DNA of 64,000 bases from an uncultured Chloroflexia bacterium (GTDB taxonomy: Bacteria > Chloroflexota > Dormibacteria > CF-121). Below, in pieces: positions 10,983 to 20,858 of this stretch. The position numbers were made by a program, and so were the translations under genes. Below the pieces are notes generated by a model. That model was not told the DNA's origin. It saw only the letters and a list, made by a program, of their open reading frames with translations, and did no database searches. Each line of letters begins with the position of its first letter. Position 1 is the first letter of the stretch. The stretch is taken from positions 581,859 through 645,858 of the forward strand of contig CAWCIV010000001.1 in assembly GCA_963795805.1 (NCBI GenBank), written 5' to 3'.

Positions 10983-12935
10983 GTGACGCTGAGTCTCCTC
11001 GCGGCAGCCGCCAGGGGTCCGCTGGATACCTGGAGCCCGACCTTTCTCGCGTTGCTGGCCTTGCTCCTGCCGCTGATCGCGATCGTGTTGATCGCCGCCT
11101 TCACGATTGACTCGCGCCGCCTGAGCGCCGGCATCGCAGTCCTCTTCACGCTGGCCAGCGCGATCAGCGCGCTGCTGGTCCTGGCGATCGAAATCACCCA
11201 CCCGCTGCATCTCGAACGCGAGGGCACGTTCCTGCAATTCTTCACCGGCCTGTCGGGTACGGCCGCGGAATTCACGCTCAAGTGGGGGGTCACGGCCGAT
11301 CCACTGGCGGCCGTCATGCTGGCCACGGTCGCCATCGTCAGCGTCCTCGTGCAGCTCTACGCGCTGGGATCGATGCGGCGGGATGACGGGGCGATCCGGT
11401 TCTTCATGGTCATGCTCGTCTCCAGCTTCGCGATGTTCGGTTTCGTCCTCTCGACGAACTACTTCGAGCTGTTCCTCTTCGGCGGCCTGCTGACGGTCTC
11501 GTCGTACCTGCTCATCGGTCACTGGTGGCAGCGAGATGATGCCGCGCGAGCCGGGACCCGGACTTTTATCGTCTTCGCGATCGCGGACGTTGGCCTGTTG
11601 ATCGGGATCGTCTACATCTATTACCGGTTCAACGAGCTGAATTTCCAGGCGCTGGCGGGTCAGTACACCGGCGGCAAGGTGAGCTCGAACGGCCTCTTCT
11701 TAATGGCCCTCCTGGTGTTCATCGGCGCCGTTGCGCGCTCGGCGCAGTTCCCACTGCACGTCTGGCTCTCGGGCAGTGTCCAGGCGCCTGCCCCCGCCGT
11801 GGCGCTGATGCACTCGGCGACGGTGGGGGTCGCGGGGGTCTACCTGGTTGCCCGCAGCTATGCGCTTTTTATCGCGAGCCCACGTGCGCTCGTGGTCGTC
11901 GCGATCGTGGGTGGCCTGACGGCGGTGCTGGGCGTGGTCTGGTCCCTGTTCCAGGACAACCTGAAGCGGGCGATCGCCTACGCCACCATGGGCGAGCTTG
12001 GCCTGATGATGCTCGCGCTGGGGATCCGTGCCTACGGGGCGGGTGCCTTCGAGGTCATCACGCACGCCTGGCCCAAGGCGCTGCTGTTTCTCGCCGCTGG
12101 GATCATCATCCGCGAGCTCCGCACGGAACAGATGGCCGAGATGGGTGGACTGCTGCGGCGCATGCCGCGCACCGGTGTGATTGCGCTGATCGGGGTCGCG
12201 GCCCTGGCCGGCATCCCCCCGCTCAGCACCTTCTGGAGCAAGGACGCCATCCTGTCGCGCGCGCTGGCAAGCGGGAACCCCGTTTCCATCGCGGTCGTCG
12301 TCCTCACGACCTTCCTGCTCGCCGTGGCCGTCTTTCGAGTCTTCGCGCTGGTGTTCCTTGGGCAGACGGCGCGCCGGCGCCGCTTCGAGCCCGACCGGAT
12401 TCGTGAGGCGGGCGGTCGGGTTGCGCTCGCCATGATCCTGCTCGCCGTCGCCAGCGTCGTGGCGGGGGTCCGAGGATTCCCGGGGCGAAGTGACTACCTC
12501 GGCTTTGTCTCCTTCCACGGCCTCATCCCCTCGAACTCGCACCTGGTCGCCGCCGCGATCACGATCATCGCCAGCGTCGCGGGCGCCGGTGCCGCGCTCC
12601 TCGCCTACGGGCGCCGGCCTCTGCCGGCAATGCCACCGGCCCTTGCGCCGGCGCGGCAGGCCCTGGGCCAGGGCCTCTACCTCGACCGGGGCTATCAGTT
12701 CGCCGTCGATCGCGGCGTGCTGCCGCTCAGCGGCGCGTTTGCCTGGACCGATCGCCGGGTCATCGACCAGGGCGTCGACCTCGTCGGCGACTCCATCACG
12801 TTCGCCTCGACGCCGCGCCGGCGCCTGCCGCGGCTGCGCGCGCAGCACTTCGCGCTCGGCCTCTTCACCGGCCTGGTCGCCCTGGCCGCCGTCACCATCC
12901 TGATCGGCGCCCATCTGATCAAGGGCGTCGGCTGA
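10983..12935 (+). CDS. nuoL: NADH-quinone oxidoreductase subunit L-like (antiporter-like subunit with lateral helix)
   Basis: 650 aa; NuoL/MrpA signatures (WGVTADPLAAVMLATVAIVS, LIGHWW, HAWPKALLFLAAG). Confidence 0.85.
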   Translation: MTLSLLAAAARGPLDTWSPTFLALLALLLPLIAIVLIAAFTIDSRRLSAGIAVLFTLASAISALLVLAIEITHPLHLEREGTFLQFFTGLSGTAAEFTLKWGVTADPLAAVMLATVAIVSVLVQLYALGSMRRDDGAIRFFMVMLVSSFAMFGFVLSTNYFELFLFGGLLTVSSYLLIGHWWQRDDAARAGTRTFIVFAIADVGLLIGIVYIYYRFNELNFQALAGQYTGGKVSSNGLFLMALLVFIGAVARSAQFPLHVWLSGSVQAPAPAVALMHSATVGVAGVYLVARSYALFIASPRALVVVAIVGGLTAVLGVVWSLFQDNLKRAIAYATMGELGLMMLALGIRAYGAGAFEVITHAWPKALLFLAAGIIIRELRTEQMAEMGGLLRRMPRTGVIALIGVAALAGIPPLSTFWSKDAILSRALASGNPVSIAVVVLTTFLLAVAVFRVFALVFLGQTARRRRFEPDRIREAGGRVALAMILLAVASVVAGVRGFPGRSDYLGFVSFHGLIPSNSHLVAAAITIIASVAGAGAALLAYGRRPLPAMPPALAPARQALGQGLYLDRGYQFAVDRGVLPLSGAFAWTDRRVIDQGVDLVGDSITFASTPRRRLPRLRAQHFALGLFTGLVALAAVTILIGAHLIKGVG

Positions 12936-14401
12936 TGCTGCTCCTGAGCGCCATCGTCTGGGTCCCCGCAACCGCGGCCCTGCTCCTGCTCTTCTTCCCC
13001 ACGCGGACCCCGGCCGAGAAGGCCCGGATCCGGACCGTCGCCATGGCGGCGGCCGCCTTCGTCACCGCCCTCGACGTGCTGATGTGGTACGGCTTCCGCG
13101 ACCAGAGCGGCACCTATGCCTACGATGAGAGCCGCTCCTGGCTCCCGAGCCTGGCATCGAGCTATCACCTCGGGGTCGACGGCGTCAGCATGTCGCTGCT
13201 GCTGCTCGCCGGCATCCTCTCCCTGGTCGCGATCCTCGTCTCCAACCGGATCCGCGACGATGTCCGGGGATTCTTCATCCTCATCCTGGTGGTCGAGACC
13301 GGCGTCAATGGGGCGCTCTGCTCGCTCGACTTCCTGCTCTTCTTTCTCTTCTGGCAACTGCAAGCGGTCCCCCTCTGTTTTCTGACCGCCGGATGGGGTG
13401 GGCCACGGCGGCTGGCGGCCGCCTGGAAACTGCTCGCCGTCGAGATGATCGGGAGCGGCCTGCTGCTGCTGGCCATCCTGATCCTCTACATCAAGGCGCC
13501 GACTCATACGTTCGATATGGCCACCCTCCACGACCTGACCTTTCCGGCGTCTGCCTCCGGTCTCGTCTTCGCGCTTTTCTTTATCCCGTTCGCTCTGCGG
13601 CTGCCCGTGTTCCCCTTCCATACCTGGTTCACGGACGCGCAGGCAGAGGCCGCGCCGCCGGTCGCGATCATCCTGGCCGCCATCGTGACCAAGCTTGGGG
13701 CGTACGGCCTGATCCGGGTCAACGTCGGGGAGTTCCACTCGACGCTGCACAAGGTCTCGGGAGCGATCGCGGTGCTGGCGGTGATCACGGTCCTCTGGAG
13801 CGCCATCGCCGCCTTCCGCGAGGATGATTTGCGCCGGGTCATCGGCTACCTGGTGGTCGGCCACGGGGGCGTTCTGCTGCTGGCGGTAGCCTCGGGCTCG
13901 CCGGTCGCTTTGAACGGCGCCGTCCTCCTGATCGCAGCTGACGGACTCGCCGCCGCCCTCATGATCCTGATGGTGGCCGCCGTGGCAGAGCGAGCCAACA
14001 CGCGCTCCATCCGCGCCATGGGTGGACTCGCGGCGCGGATGCCCCGAGGTGCCCTCCTCTGGTTCCTCGGCGCCCTCGCCGCCCTGGGGCTGCCCGGGCT
14101 GGCCGTCTTTACCGGACAGCTTCTCGTGTTCCTCGGTGCCTACCCGAGCCAGCGGCTTGTCACCAGCCTCGCCATCCTCGGCAGCCTGCTGACGGCCGCG
14201 GTGATGGTGTGGACGTTCCAGCGCGTCTTCTTCGGATCGCTGAGCGAGGCCTACGTGAGGGTCCGTGATGTCGGAAGCCTCGAGCTCGGGACTGGCATCG
14301 GCCTGCTCTCCCTGCTGGCGCTGCTCGGGTTCCTGCCCGTGATCCTCATGGACAGCATCAACTTCTCGGTGCTGACGCTGCTCAGCGGAGTTGGTGGGTG
14401 A
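12935..14401 (+). CDS. nuoM: NADH-quinone oxidoreductase subunit M-like
   Basis: 488 aa antiporter-like subunit (SWLPSLASSYHLGVDGVSMSLLLLAG...HTWFTDAQAEAAPPVA). Confidence 0.85.
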   Translation: MLLLSAIVWVPATAALLLLFFPTRTPAEKARIRTVAMAAAAFVTALDVLMWYGFRDQSGTYAYDESRSWLPSLASSYHLGVDGVSMSLLLLAGILSLVAILVSNRIRDDVRGFFILILVVETGVNGALCSLDFLLFFLFWQLQAVPLCFLTAGWGGPRRLAAAWKLLAVEMIGSGLLLLAILILYIKAPTHTFDMATLHDLTFPASASGLVFALFFIPFALRLPVFPFHTWFTDAQAEAAPPVAIILAAIVTKLGAYGLIRVNVGEFHSTLHKVSGAIAVLAVITVLWSAIAAFREDDLRRVIGYLVVGHGGVLLLAVASGSPVALNGAVLLIAADGLAAALMILMVAAVAERANTRSIRAMGGLAARMPRGALLWFLGALAALGLPGLAVFTGQLLVFLGAYPSQRLVTSLAILGSLLTAAVMVWTFQRVFFGSLSEAYVRVRDVGSLELGTGIGLLSLLALLGFLPVILMDSINFSVLTLLSGVGG

Positions 14402-15828
14402 CGCTCGACAACGTCCTCGCGTTCGCGCCCGAGCTCTGGCTGCTCGTCGGCGCGGTCGTCGTCTTTGCGCTAGCCCGCTTCCGGCCGGGGTTCTCGGCGA
14501 CCGCTGTCGCGCTGGCCGCGGTGGCGCTGGCCTTTCTGGCGCTGCTGACACAGGCGAAGCAGACGATCACCATCCTCGACGGCGCCTTCCTGCTAGATGG
14601 GTACGCCATCGTCATCGACATGGCCATCCTGGTCGCCAGCGCGCTTGCGCTCCTCATCAGCTTTGGCGACGTCATCCCAGGTGAGTCCCGCGCCGGCGAG
14701 CTTGCCGGCTTCCTGTTGCTGGCGACCGTCGGAGCGATGCTGTCCGCCTCGGCGGCCGAAATGGTCGCCTTGCTGGTCTCACTCGAGTTGCTGGCCGTGA
14801 ACCTGTACCTGCTGGCGGCCCTGGCGCGCCGCGGCGGCGATGCGGCACATGCCGGCGTGGGCTACCTGGTTCTGGGCATGGCCGGCACCGCGATCCTCGT
14901 CTACGGGCTGGCGTTGATCTATGGGCTCACCGGCGAGACCCGGCTGGCGGCGGCCGGACGGGCGCTTCGCGCGATCGGGCCGGGCCAGCCGGCGGCCCTG
15001 CTCGCCCTCACCCTGCTGATCGTCGGCTTCCTCGGAAAACTCGGCATGACGCCGGTTCGCTGGTGGACCCGGGCCTTCGACCTGGGGGTCCCGATGCGGG
15101 TCCTGGCCTTCGTCTCGTCGGTGGGGGTGCTGGCCGGGTTTGCCGCCTTCACCCGGCTGCTCTGGTTGACATTCAGCTTCACATCGATCGGCTACCCGAC
15201 CGTGATCGCCGTCGTGGCGGCGATCACGATGACCGGTGGCGCCGTGCTGGCGCTGGCCCAGACCAGCGTCCGGCGGCTGCTGGTGTACTCGACGGTCGCG
15301 CAGGGTGGCTACGCCCTGGCGGCGATGGTCGATCTGCCGCGCAACGGCGTGCGCGCGGTGCTGGTATTCATGATCGCCCTCGGCCTCACCAACGTGTGCG
15401 CCTTCGCGGCGATGATGGCCTACGGGCGGGCCGTCCACAGCGACGCGATCCGCGACCTTGCCGGAATGGCTCGGTCGACCCCCGGCGTCGCGGTCGTGCT
15501 CGCCCTTGCGATCGCCTCCCTGATCGGGCTGCCCCCACTGGCGGGATTCTTCGGCAAGTTCGTCGTGCTGAAGGCGGTGGTCGACGGCGGCTTCGCCTGG
15601 CTGGCGGTCGTCGGCGTGCTCGACATCCTGCTCCTGGCTCTCTGCTACCTCCGGTTGGTCCGGGTGGCCTTTCTCGACCCGCCGGTCTACGAGGTCCCGC
15701 CACATCGGCTCGACTGGCCGCTGCGCCTGGCGATGGGCGTAAGCACCGCCGGGGTCATCTTCCTCGGGCTCGGGCTCGGACCTCTCCTGACCGCGGCCAG
15801 TTACGGCCAGCACAGCCTTGTGCACTGA
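14398..15828 (+). CDS. nuoN: NADH-quinone oxidoreductase subunit N-like
   Basis: 476 aa antiporter-like subunit; start overlaps nuoM stop. Confidence 0.8.
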   Translation: MTLDNVLAFAPELWLLVGAVVVFALARFRPGFSATAVALAAVALAFLALLTQAKQTITILDGAFLLDGYAIVIDMAILVASALALLISFGDVIPGESRAGELAGFLLLATVGAMLSASAAEMVALLVSLELLAVNLYLLAALARRGGDAAHAGVGYLVLGMAGTAILVYGLALIYGLTGETRLAAAGRALRAIGPGQPAALLALTLLIVGFLGKLGMTPVRWWTRAFDLGVPMRVLAFVSSVGVLAGFAAFTRLLWLTFSFTSIGYPTVIAVVAAITMTGGAVLALAQTSVRRLLVYSTVAQGGYALAAMVDLPRNGVRAVLVFMIALGLTNVCAFAAMMAYGRAVHSDAIRDLAGMARSTPGVAVVLALAIASLIGLPPLAGFFGKFVVLKAVVDGGFAWLAVVGVLDILLLALCYLRLVRVAFLDPPVYEVPPHRLDWPLRLAMGVSTAGVIFLGLGLGPLLTAASYGQHSLVH

Positions 15829-15935
15829 GCGTTAAGAACGCACCTGGCTATCACGTTTCGCCCAAGCGCCTGATCTGACCGGCACGGCCCGCCGACGGTA
15901 ACCTTGCCCCCAATGCCACCGTTTACCGAGACGCC

Positions 15936-18146
15936 GTGAGAAGCCGGAGAAGCATGCGCCAGCGCCGGGGCCGGCACGCGCCGCAGGTCGTTCGCGCCGC
16001 CGTCCCGGCCCCGGCAGCCCGCCGGCGCCACGGGGCACCACGGTGGCTTCGCCGGCTGCTGCTCGCGGGTCTGGCGGGCTCGCTGGCCAGTCTTGTCGGT
16101 GCGGGGACATTTCTGTACAGCTATGCCGGTGAGCTGCCCAACCTCGCCAACCTGAGCGCGGAGAACCTCCCGCAAACGACTCGCATCTACGCCCGCGACG
16201 GGACGACCTTGCTCGAGGAGCGCTACCAGCAGCGCCGGACCGTCGTGCCCCTTGAGCAGGTGGCCTGGGACCTGCGGCACGCCACCATCGCGATCGAGGA
16301 TCGCGACTTCTACAACCATGGCGCCATCAGTCCGCTCCGCATCGTGGCCGCCGGCTTCTACGACGTCACGCATGGAAGCGCGGCCCAGGGCGGAAGCACG
16401 ATCACCCAGCAGCTGGTCAAGAACTATCTGCTCCAGGACACCGCCCAGAGTCGCAGCCTCGACCGGAAGGCGCGCGAGCTGGTGCTGGCGGTGGAACTCG
16501 AGCGTGAGTACTCGAAGGACCAGATTCTTGGCATGTATCTGAACACGATCTTCTACGGGAACCAGGCGTTCGGCGTCGAGGCCGCCGCGCAGACGTACTT
16601 TGGGATGTCGGCGGCGAAGGTCGACCTGGCGCAGGCGAGCTTCCTAGCCGGGCTGCCGCAGCGACCAAGTTATTTCAATCCGTTTCTGGCCACGGGCTTC
16701 AGCGAGGCCCGCGCACGGCAGCGGGACGTGCTCAATGCGATGGTGCGGGATGGATACGTCACCGCGGCTAACGCCGACCGCGCCTATGCGGAGGATCTGC
16801 GTCCAGCCCTGACCACGGCGCGGCAGGCCGCGGGCGGCCGCCGCTCTTCGATCGCTCCCCATTTCGTGGACTACGTATGGAGCGAGCTGGAGCGCCGCTA
16901 CGACCCGAACTATCTGCGCTCGGGTGGGCTGCGGATTGTGACCACGCTCGATCCGCACGCGCAGGCGCTGGCGGAGCAGGCCGTGACCAGCGGCGTGGCG
17001 CATTTCGCGAAGTCAAACGGGGTCAACAATGGGGCGATGCTCGTCATGGACCCGCACACGGGTGCGGTGCTGGCGATGGTCGGAAGTGCCGACTACTTCA
17101 ACACCGCCATTGGCGGCCAGGTCAACTACACGGTTTCGCCGAGGCAACCCGGCTCCTCCTTCAAGCCCTATACCTACGTCACGGCCCTGCTGAACGGCTG
17201 GACGCCCGCCTCACCGCTGGACGACAGCCATGGGGCGACGGCGTTTCCGGGCTACCCGGTCCACGACTGGGATGGCAAGGAGCTGGGCACGATCACCTTG
17301 CGGCAATCGCTCCAGCAGTCGCGCAACATCTCGTCGGTTCACCTGTTCAAGGACGTCGGGATCGACAAGGTGTTTACGGTGGCCAAGGGCCTGGGGATCA
17401 GCACCCCGCTCGATCCGACCCTGCCGACGACACTCGGTGCGAGCGAGCTGCGCATGATCGACCACCTCTCCGCCTATAGCAGCTTCGCCAACGGCGGGCA
17501 CCGGATACGCGCCGCGACCGTGCTGGAGATCCGTGACGGCCGGGGCGCGCTGCTCGAATCCAACCGGCCGCAACGAGATTCCGGGGAGCGCGTGCTGCCC
17601 GCCTCGGCCGCCTACATGCTGACCGACATTCTCAAAGGCGCCGTCCGGCCTGGCCTCGGGTTTTCGGCTGCCGCCAAGTCGGGAACAACCACCGATTTCA
17701 AGGACGCCTGGTACGTGGGGTACACGAGCGACCTGGCGGTGGCGAGCTGGATGGGGCGGACCGTCACCCTGCCGACGCCGCGCAACGAGTCGATGAATGG
17801 GCTCTGGGGTGAGGTCGGGCCGTCGATGGCCTGGCGGCAGTTCCTCAAGGCCTACTATGCCGGTCGCAAGCCGGCCGACTGGACCCGGCCGGCGGACGTC
17901 ATCTCGACCACCCTGTGCAAGCTCACGGGACGCCCGGCGGCGCAGATTCCCACCGACCTTGCCGTTACCGACCTTACCGTCAAGGCCGACGTGGCGCCGA
18001 CGGCATCCTGTGGCCAGCCAGGATCGGGCCAGCCGGGGCGCATCCTTCCCATCGAACCGCCAGGCCTGCCAGGCCTTCCGACGATGCCATCCTTGCCGCC
18101 GCTGCCGTCGCTGCCCCCCTTGCCCCTGCCCAGCCTGCAGCCCTGA
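15936..18146 (+). CDS. class A penicillin-binding protein (PBP1A-type glycosyltransferase + transpeptidase) with proline-rich C-terminal tail
   Basis: GT51 motifs (EDRDFYNHGAISP, GGSTITQQLVKN), transpeptidase SxxK/SxN/KTG (SSFKP, SRN, KSGTT); C-terminus LPGLPTMPSLPPLPSLPPLPLPSLQP. Confidence 0.85.
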   Translation: MRSRRSMRQRRGRHAPQVVRAAVPAPAARRRHGAPRWLRRLLLAGLAGSLASLVGAGTFLYSYAGELPNLANLSAENLPQTTRIYARDGTTLLEERYQQRRTVVPLEQVAWDLRHATIAIEDRDFYNHGAISPLRIVAAGFYDVTHGSAAQGGSTITQQLVKNYLLQDTAQSRSLDRKARELVLAVELEREYSKDQILGMYLNTIFYGNQAFGVEAAAQTYFGMSAAKVDLAQASFLAGLPQRPSYFNPFLATGFSEARARQRDVLNAMVRDGYVTAANADRAYAEDLRPALTTARQAAGGRRSSIAPHFVDYVWSELERRYDPNYLRSGGLRIVTTLDPHAQALAEQAVTSGVAHFAKSNGVNNGAMLVMDPHTGAVLAMVGSADYFNTAIGGQVNYTVSPRQPGSSFKPYTYVTALLNGWTPASPLDDSHGATAFPGYPVHDWDGKELGTITLRQSLQQSRNISSVHLFKDVGIDKVFTVAKGLGISTPLDPTLPTTLGASELRMIDHLSAYSSFANGGHRIRAATVLEIRDGRGALLESNRPQRDSGERVLPASAAYMLTDILKGAVRPGLGFSAAAKSGTTTDFKDAWYVGYTSDLAVASWMGRTVTLPTPRNESMNGLWGEVGPSMAWRQFLKAYYAGRKPADWTRPADVISTTLCKLTGRPAAQIPTDLAVTDLTVKADVAPTASCGQPGSGQPGRILPIEPPGLPGLPTMPSLPPLPSLPPLPLPSLQP

Positions 18147-18213
18147 TCTCGGCCGCCCCGGTGGCCGCCATACGCACCTTGACGGGTGAGGGCAAAGCGC
18201 CTTTACTCAGATA

Positions 18214-19134
18214 GTGGTCAGGCGACCCTCCCAGAAGCCAGCCCAGGCCGACGAACCGGAGCTTCCGCCGAATCTCTTCGTTATCGGGCTGCTCAACGAT
18301 CTGAAGAAAGGCGCCTACAGCCGTCGCGCCTGGGGCGCCTTCTGGCGTGCCTCGTGGGTCCGGTCGATCCAGAACATGCAGGAGCACGAGGAGTTGCGCG
18401 CCTCGTGGGTCCGGTTCGCGGTCGGCGGCGCCACCGCCATCCTGCTCGGGTCGGTGGCGGTCTTCAGCGCCGCTCACGCGATGGAGTCACTCTTCTTCCT
18501 GATTACGTGCCTTATCTGGTGGGGCGTCCTGATGGTCGACATGGGTCTCCATCTCGGGCTGATGGTCAACCTCGAAACCGGCGAGATGCAGCGGTCGCTC
18601 GGATGGCCGAACCGCCTCACGGCGATGCGCGGCTTCTCCGCGGTGCTGGTGGGCTGGGGCGCGCACTGGGCCAGCCAGGGCTCGTACGTCGCCCTGGTCG
18701 CCGTCTTCGGGGTCGCCGCGCTGACGGACCTGCTCGACGGTTGGCTGGCGCGGCGAGGCCACGCCTCCACCCGATGGGGCCGCCTCTACGACCCGTTCAT
18801 GGACGGCATCTTCTTCAGTGTCGCCGCCGTCTCGCTGGCCGTGATCGGGATCCTGCCTGAATGGCTCGGCGCCCTGGTCGCTATCCGGTACGCGTTTCCG
18901 ATCGTCGGCGGGATCGTGTTCCTCTTCGTCCGCCGCCGGACGCTGCGGGTTAGGCACACCACCTGGGGTCGTCTCTCCTCGGCTGGGATCGCGGTCACGG
19001 TCTTCGTCGCCGCCGCGGCGGCCTTTTTGCACCTGCCGTTCAGCTTGATTGCGCCCGGCCTTTACGCCGCGGTCTGCATTGCCGCGCTGGGTGCGTTCAT
19101 CACGATTTTGATGAAAGGCGTCGAGCAGATCTGA
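18214..19134 (+). CDS. CDP-alcohol phosphatidyltransferase family protein with ~130-aa N-terminal extension
   Basis: ALTDLLDGWLARRGHASTRWGRLYDPFMDGI = D(x)2DG(x)2AR...G(x)3D(x)3D motif; true start uncertain (alternative starts near 18375 or 18481). Confidence 0.6.
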   Translation: MVRRPSQKPAQADEPELPPNLFVIGLLNDLKKGAYSRRAWGAFWRASWVRSIQNMQEHEELRASWVRFAVGGATAILLGSVAVFSAAHAMESLFFLITCLIWWGVLMVDMGLHLGLMVNLETGEMQRSLGWPNRLTAMRGFSAVLVGWGAHWASQGSYVALVAVFGVAALTDLLDGWLARRGHASTRWGRLYDPFMDGIFFSVAAVSLAVIGILPEWLGALVAIRYAFPIVGGIVFLFVRRRTLRVRHTTWGRLSSAGIAVTVFVAAAAAFLHLPFSLIAPGLYAAVCIAALGAFITILMKGVEQI

Positions 19135-19209
19135 TCGTCGCTTGCAGGCGGTAAGCGTGGTGCAGCAGGCTGGCTGGGGCTCGATCCCGGCACCCCGTTC
19201 GGCAAACGC

Positions 19210-19599
19210 GTGGAGCGCCGGCTGCGAGAGGAAGCCATGATCTGGCTGACGACCGTGAGTCCCGCGGGGGCGCCGCAGCCGAGTCCGGTGTGGTTTGTCT
19301 GGGACGGGACGCCGGTTCTCGTCTACAGCGAACGGGCCAAACCCAAGCTGCGCAACATCGAGCGCAATCCGCGGGTCGCGTTGCATTTTGACGGCGACGG
19401 GCAGGGCGGCAACGTGATCGTCATTCGCGGTGAGGCGCGCATCGCTCCGGAGATGCCGGCGGCAACCGAGCTGCCGGAATATGCCCGGAAGTACGACGCG
19501 GGCGGCTTCTACCAGCGCATTGGGATCACCGGCCCGATGTTCGCCGCGAAGTATTCCATCCCGATCGTGGTCAAGCCGACGGGGTTGCGTGGGCACTAA
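19210..19599 (+). CDS. PPOX-class (pyridoxamine 5'-phosphate oxidase-like) F420/FMN-dependent protein
   Basis: 129 aa split-barrel pattern (WLTTVSPAGAPQPSPVWFVWDG..VLVYS....K.RNIERNPRVAL). Confidence 0.6.
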   Translation: MERRLREEAMIWLTTVSPAGAPQPSPVWFVWDGTPVLVYSERAKPKLRNIERNPRVALHFDGDGQGGNVIVIRGEARIAPEMPAATELPEYARKYDAGGFYQRIGITGPMFAAKYSIPIVVKPTGLRGH

Positions 19600-19613
19600 C
19601 TAGAATTCGATCC

Positions 19614-20858
19614 GTGCGTGCCCTCCCGGGCCTCCTCGCCGTCGCGGTGCTGGCGGGAGCCTCATGCGGCCAGGCGCCGGCAGCCGGCTCGACGATCAAG
19701 GTCGGCGCCGTCTTCCCGTTGACCGGCCCCCAGGCCCCCCTGGCGCGCCAGGAGGTCACCGGCGTCGAGATCGCCCGTGACTTCGCCAACGCCGAGCGCG
19801 GCGCGAACGGGCCGCGCATCGACCTCGTGCTCAAGGACATCACGACGGCGGCCGACGCGACGGCACGCGTCGAGGCGCTCAAGGCCGCCGGCGTGCAGAG
19901 CGTCCTGGGTGCTTACTCCAGCACGCTCTCGATGCCGGTCAGCGCGGCGGCGCAGGCGCGCGGGATGCTGTACTGGGAGGCGGGCGCCGTTGCCGACCAA
20001 CTCACCGGGCGGGGCTACCCGCTGGTCTTCCGCGTAGGGGCGACCGGTGGGAACCTCGGTGCGATGTCGAGCCATTTTGCCGCCACGGTGCTGGCGGCCC
20101 GGCTGCAGGTGCCGCCCTCGGCGCTCCGAATGGTGATCGTTCACAACCTCGACGGCTACCCAACCTCGGTCGCGACCGCCGCGGCGCACCAGGCGATCAG
20201 CGAAGGATTCCCGGCGCCCACCCAGGTTCTCTACGACGCGAGCGTCCCCGATTGGGGGGGCGTGATGGGCGCGATTCGCGCCGCCAGCCCGGACATCCTA
20301 ATGCTCTCCTCGTACATCGATGACGGCGTCAGGTTCCGCCGGGCGATGCTCGCCTCGGGCCTGCACGTCAAGGCGCTGATCGGGACGACCATGGCACAGT
20401 GCGTGCCGGACTTCGGCGCCATGCTTGGCCCAGACGCGATCGGCGTCTTTGCCTCGGACCGCCCGACCCGTGGCTTCAACCCGGGGGCGCTCAACGCGAC
20501 CGGCCGGGCGATCTACGACCGCTTTGCCATGGCCTACCGGCAGCGCGCCGGAACCGACCCGACCGAGGAATCCCTGGCCGGCTTCGCAGCGGCCTGGACG
20601 CTCTTTCACGATGTCATGGGGCGGGCCAGGGACCTGAGCGCCACCGGCCTTGCGGCGTCGGCGCGAAGTCTCGATCTTCCGGCCGGAACCCTGCCCAATG
20701 GCGCCGGCGTCCGATTCGCCAGCACGAGCGAAGCCATGGGGCAGAACCTTCGCGCCGCAGCCGTCATCTGGCAATGGCAGGGTGTCCGCCAGAGCGTTAC
20801 GGTCTATCCACCGGTCTTCGCGACCGGGACGCCCGCCTTCATCCCGCTCCCTCGGTGA
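19614..20858 (+). CDS. ABC transporter substrate-binding protein, type-1 periplasmic-binding fold (LivJ/branched-chain amino-acid-like)
   Basis: signal peptide MRALPGLLAVAVLAGASCG; IKVGAVFPLTGPQAPLA...VQSVLGAYSS pattern. Confidence 0.7.
   Translation: MRALPGLLAVAVLAGASCGQAPAAGSTIKVGAVFPLTGPQAPLARQEVTGVEIARDFANAERGANGPRIDLVLKDITTAADATARVEALKAAGVQSVLGAYSSTLSMPVSAAAQARGMLYWEAGAVADQLTGRGYPLVFRVGATGGNLGAMSSHFAATVLAARLQVPPSALRMVIVHNLDGYPTSVATAAAHQAISEGFPAPTQVLYDASVPDWGGVMGAIRAASPDILMLSSYIDDGVRFRRAMLASGLHVKALIGTTMAQCVPDFGAMLGPDAIGVFASDRPTRGFNPGALNATGRAIYDRFAMAYRQRAGTDPTEESLAGFAAAWTLFHDVMGRARDLSATGLAASARSLDLPAGTLPNGAGVRFASTSEAMGQNLRAAAVIWQWQGVRQSVTVYPPVFATGTPAFIPLPR

Noticed and set aside
12695-14551. 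618-aa ORF antisense to nuoM/nuoN; similar long antisense ORFs at 11700-12971, 24925-26421, 55038-56660, 40137-41768, 32768-34201, 18487-19596, 7840-9069 and 14779-15825
   Set aside because: High GC produces long stop-free antisense frames. Their translations are Arg/Pro/Gly/Asp-rich low-complexity strings with no motifs, while the opposite strand encodes strongly recognisable proteins.
20399-20858. Long ORF 20399-21424 overlapping the SBP gene in another frame
   Set aside because: Only its 3' third (from GTG 20856) encodes the CPBP protease; the upstream part is an antisense-like artefact within the SBP coding region.
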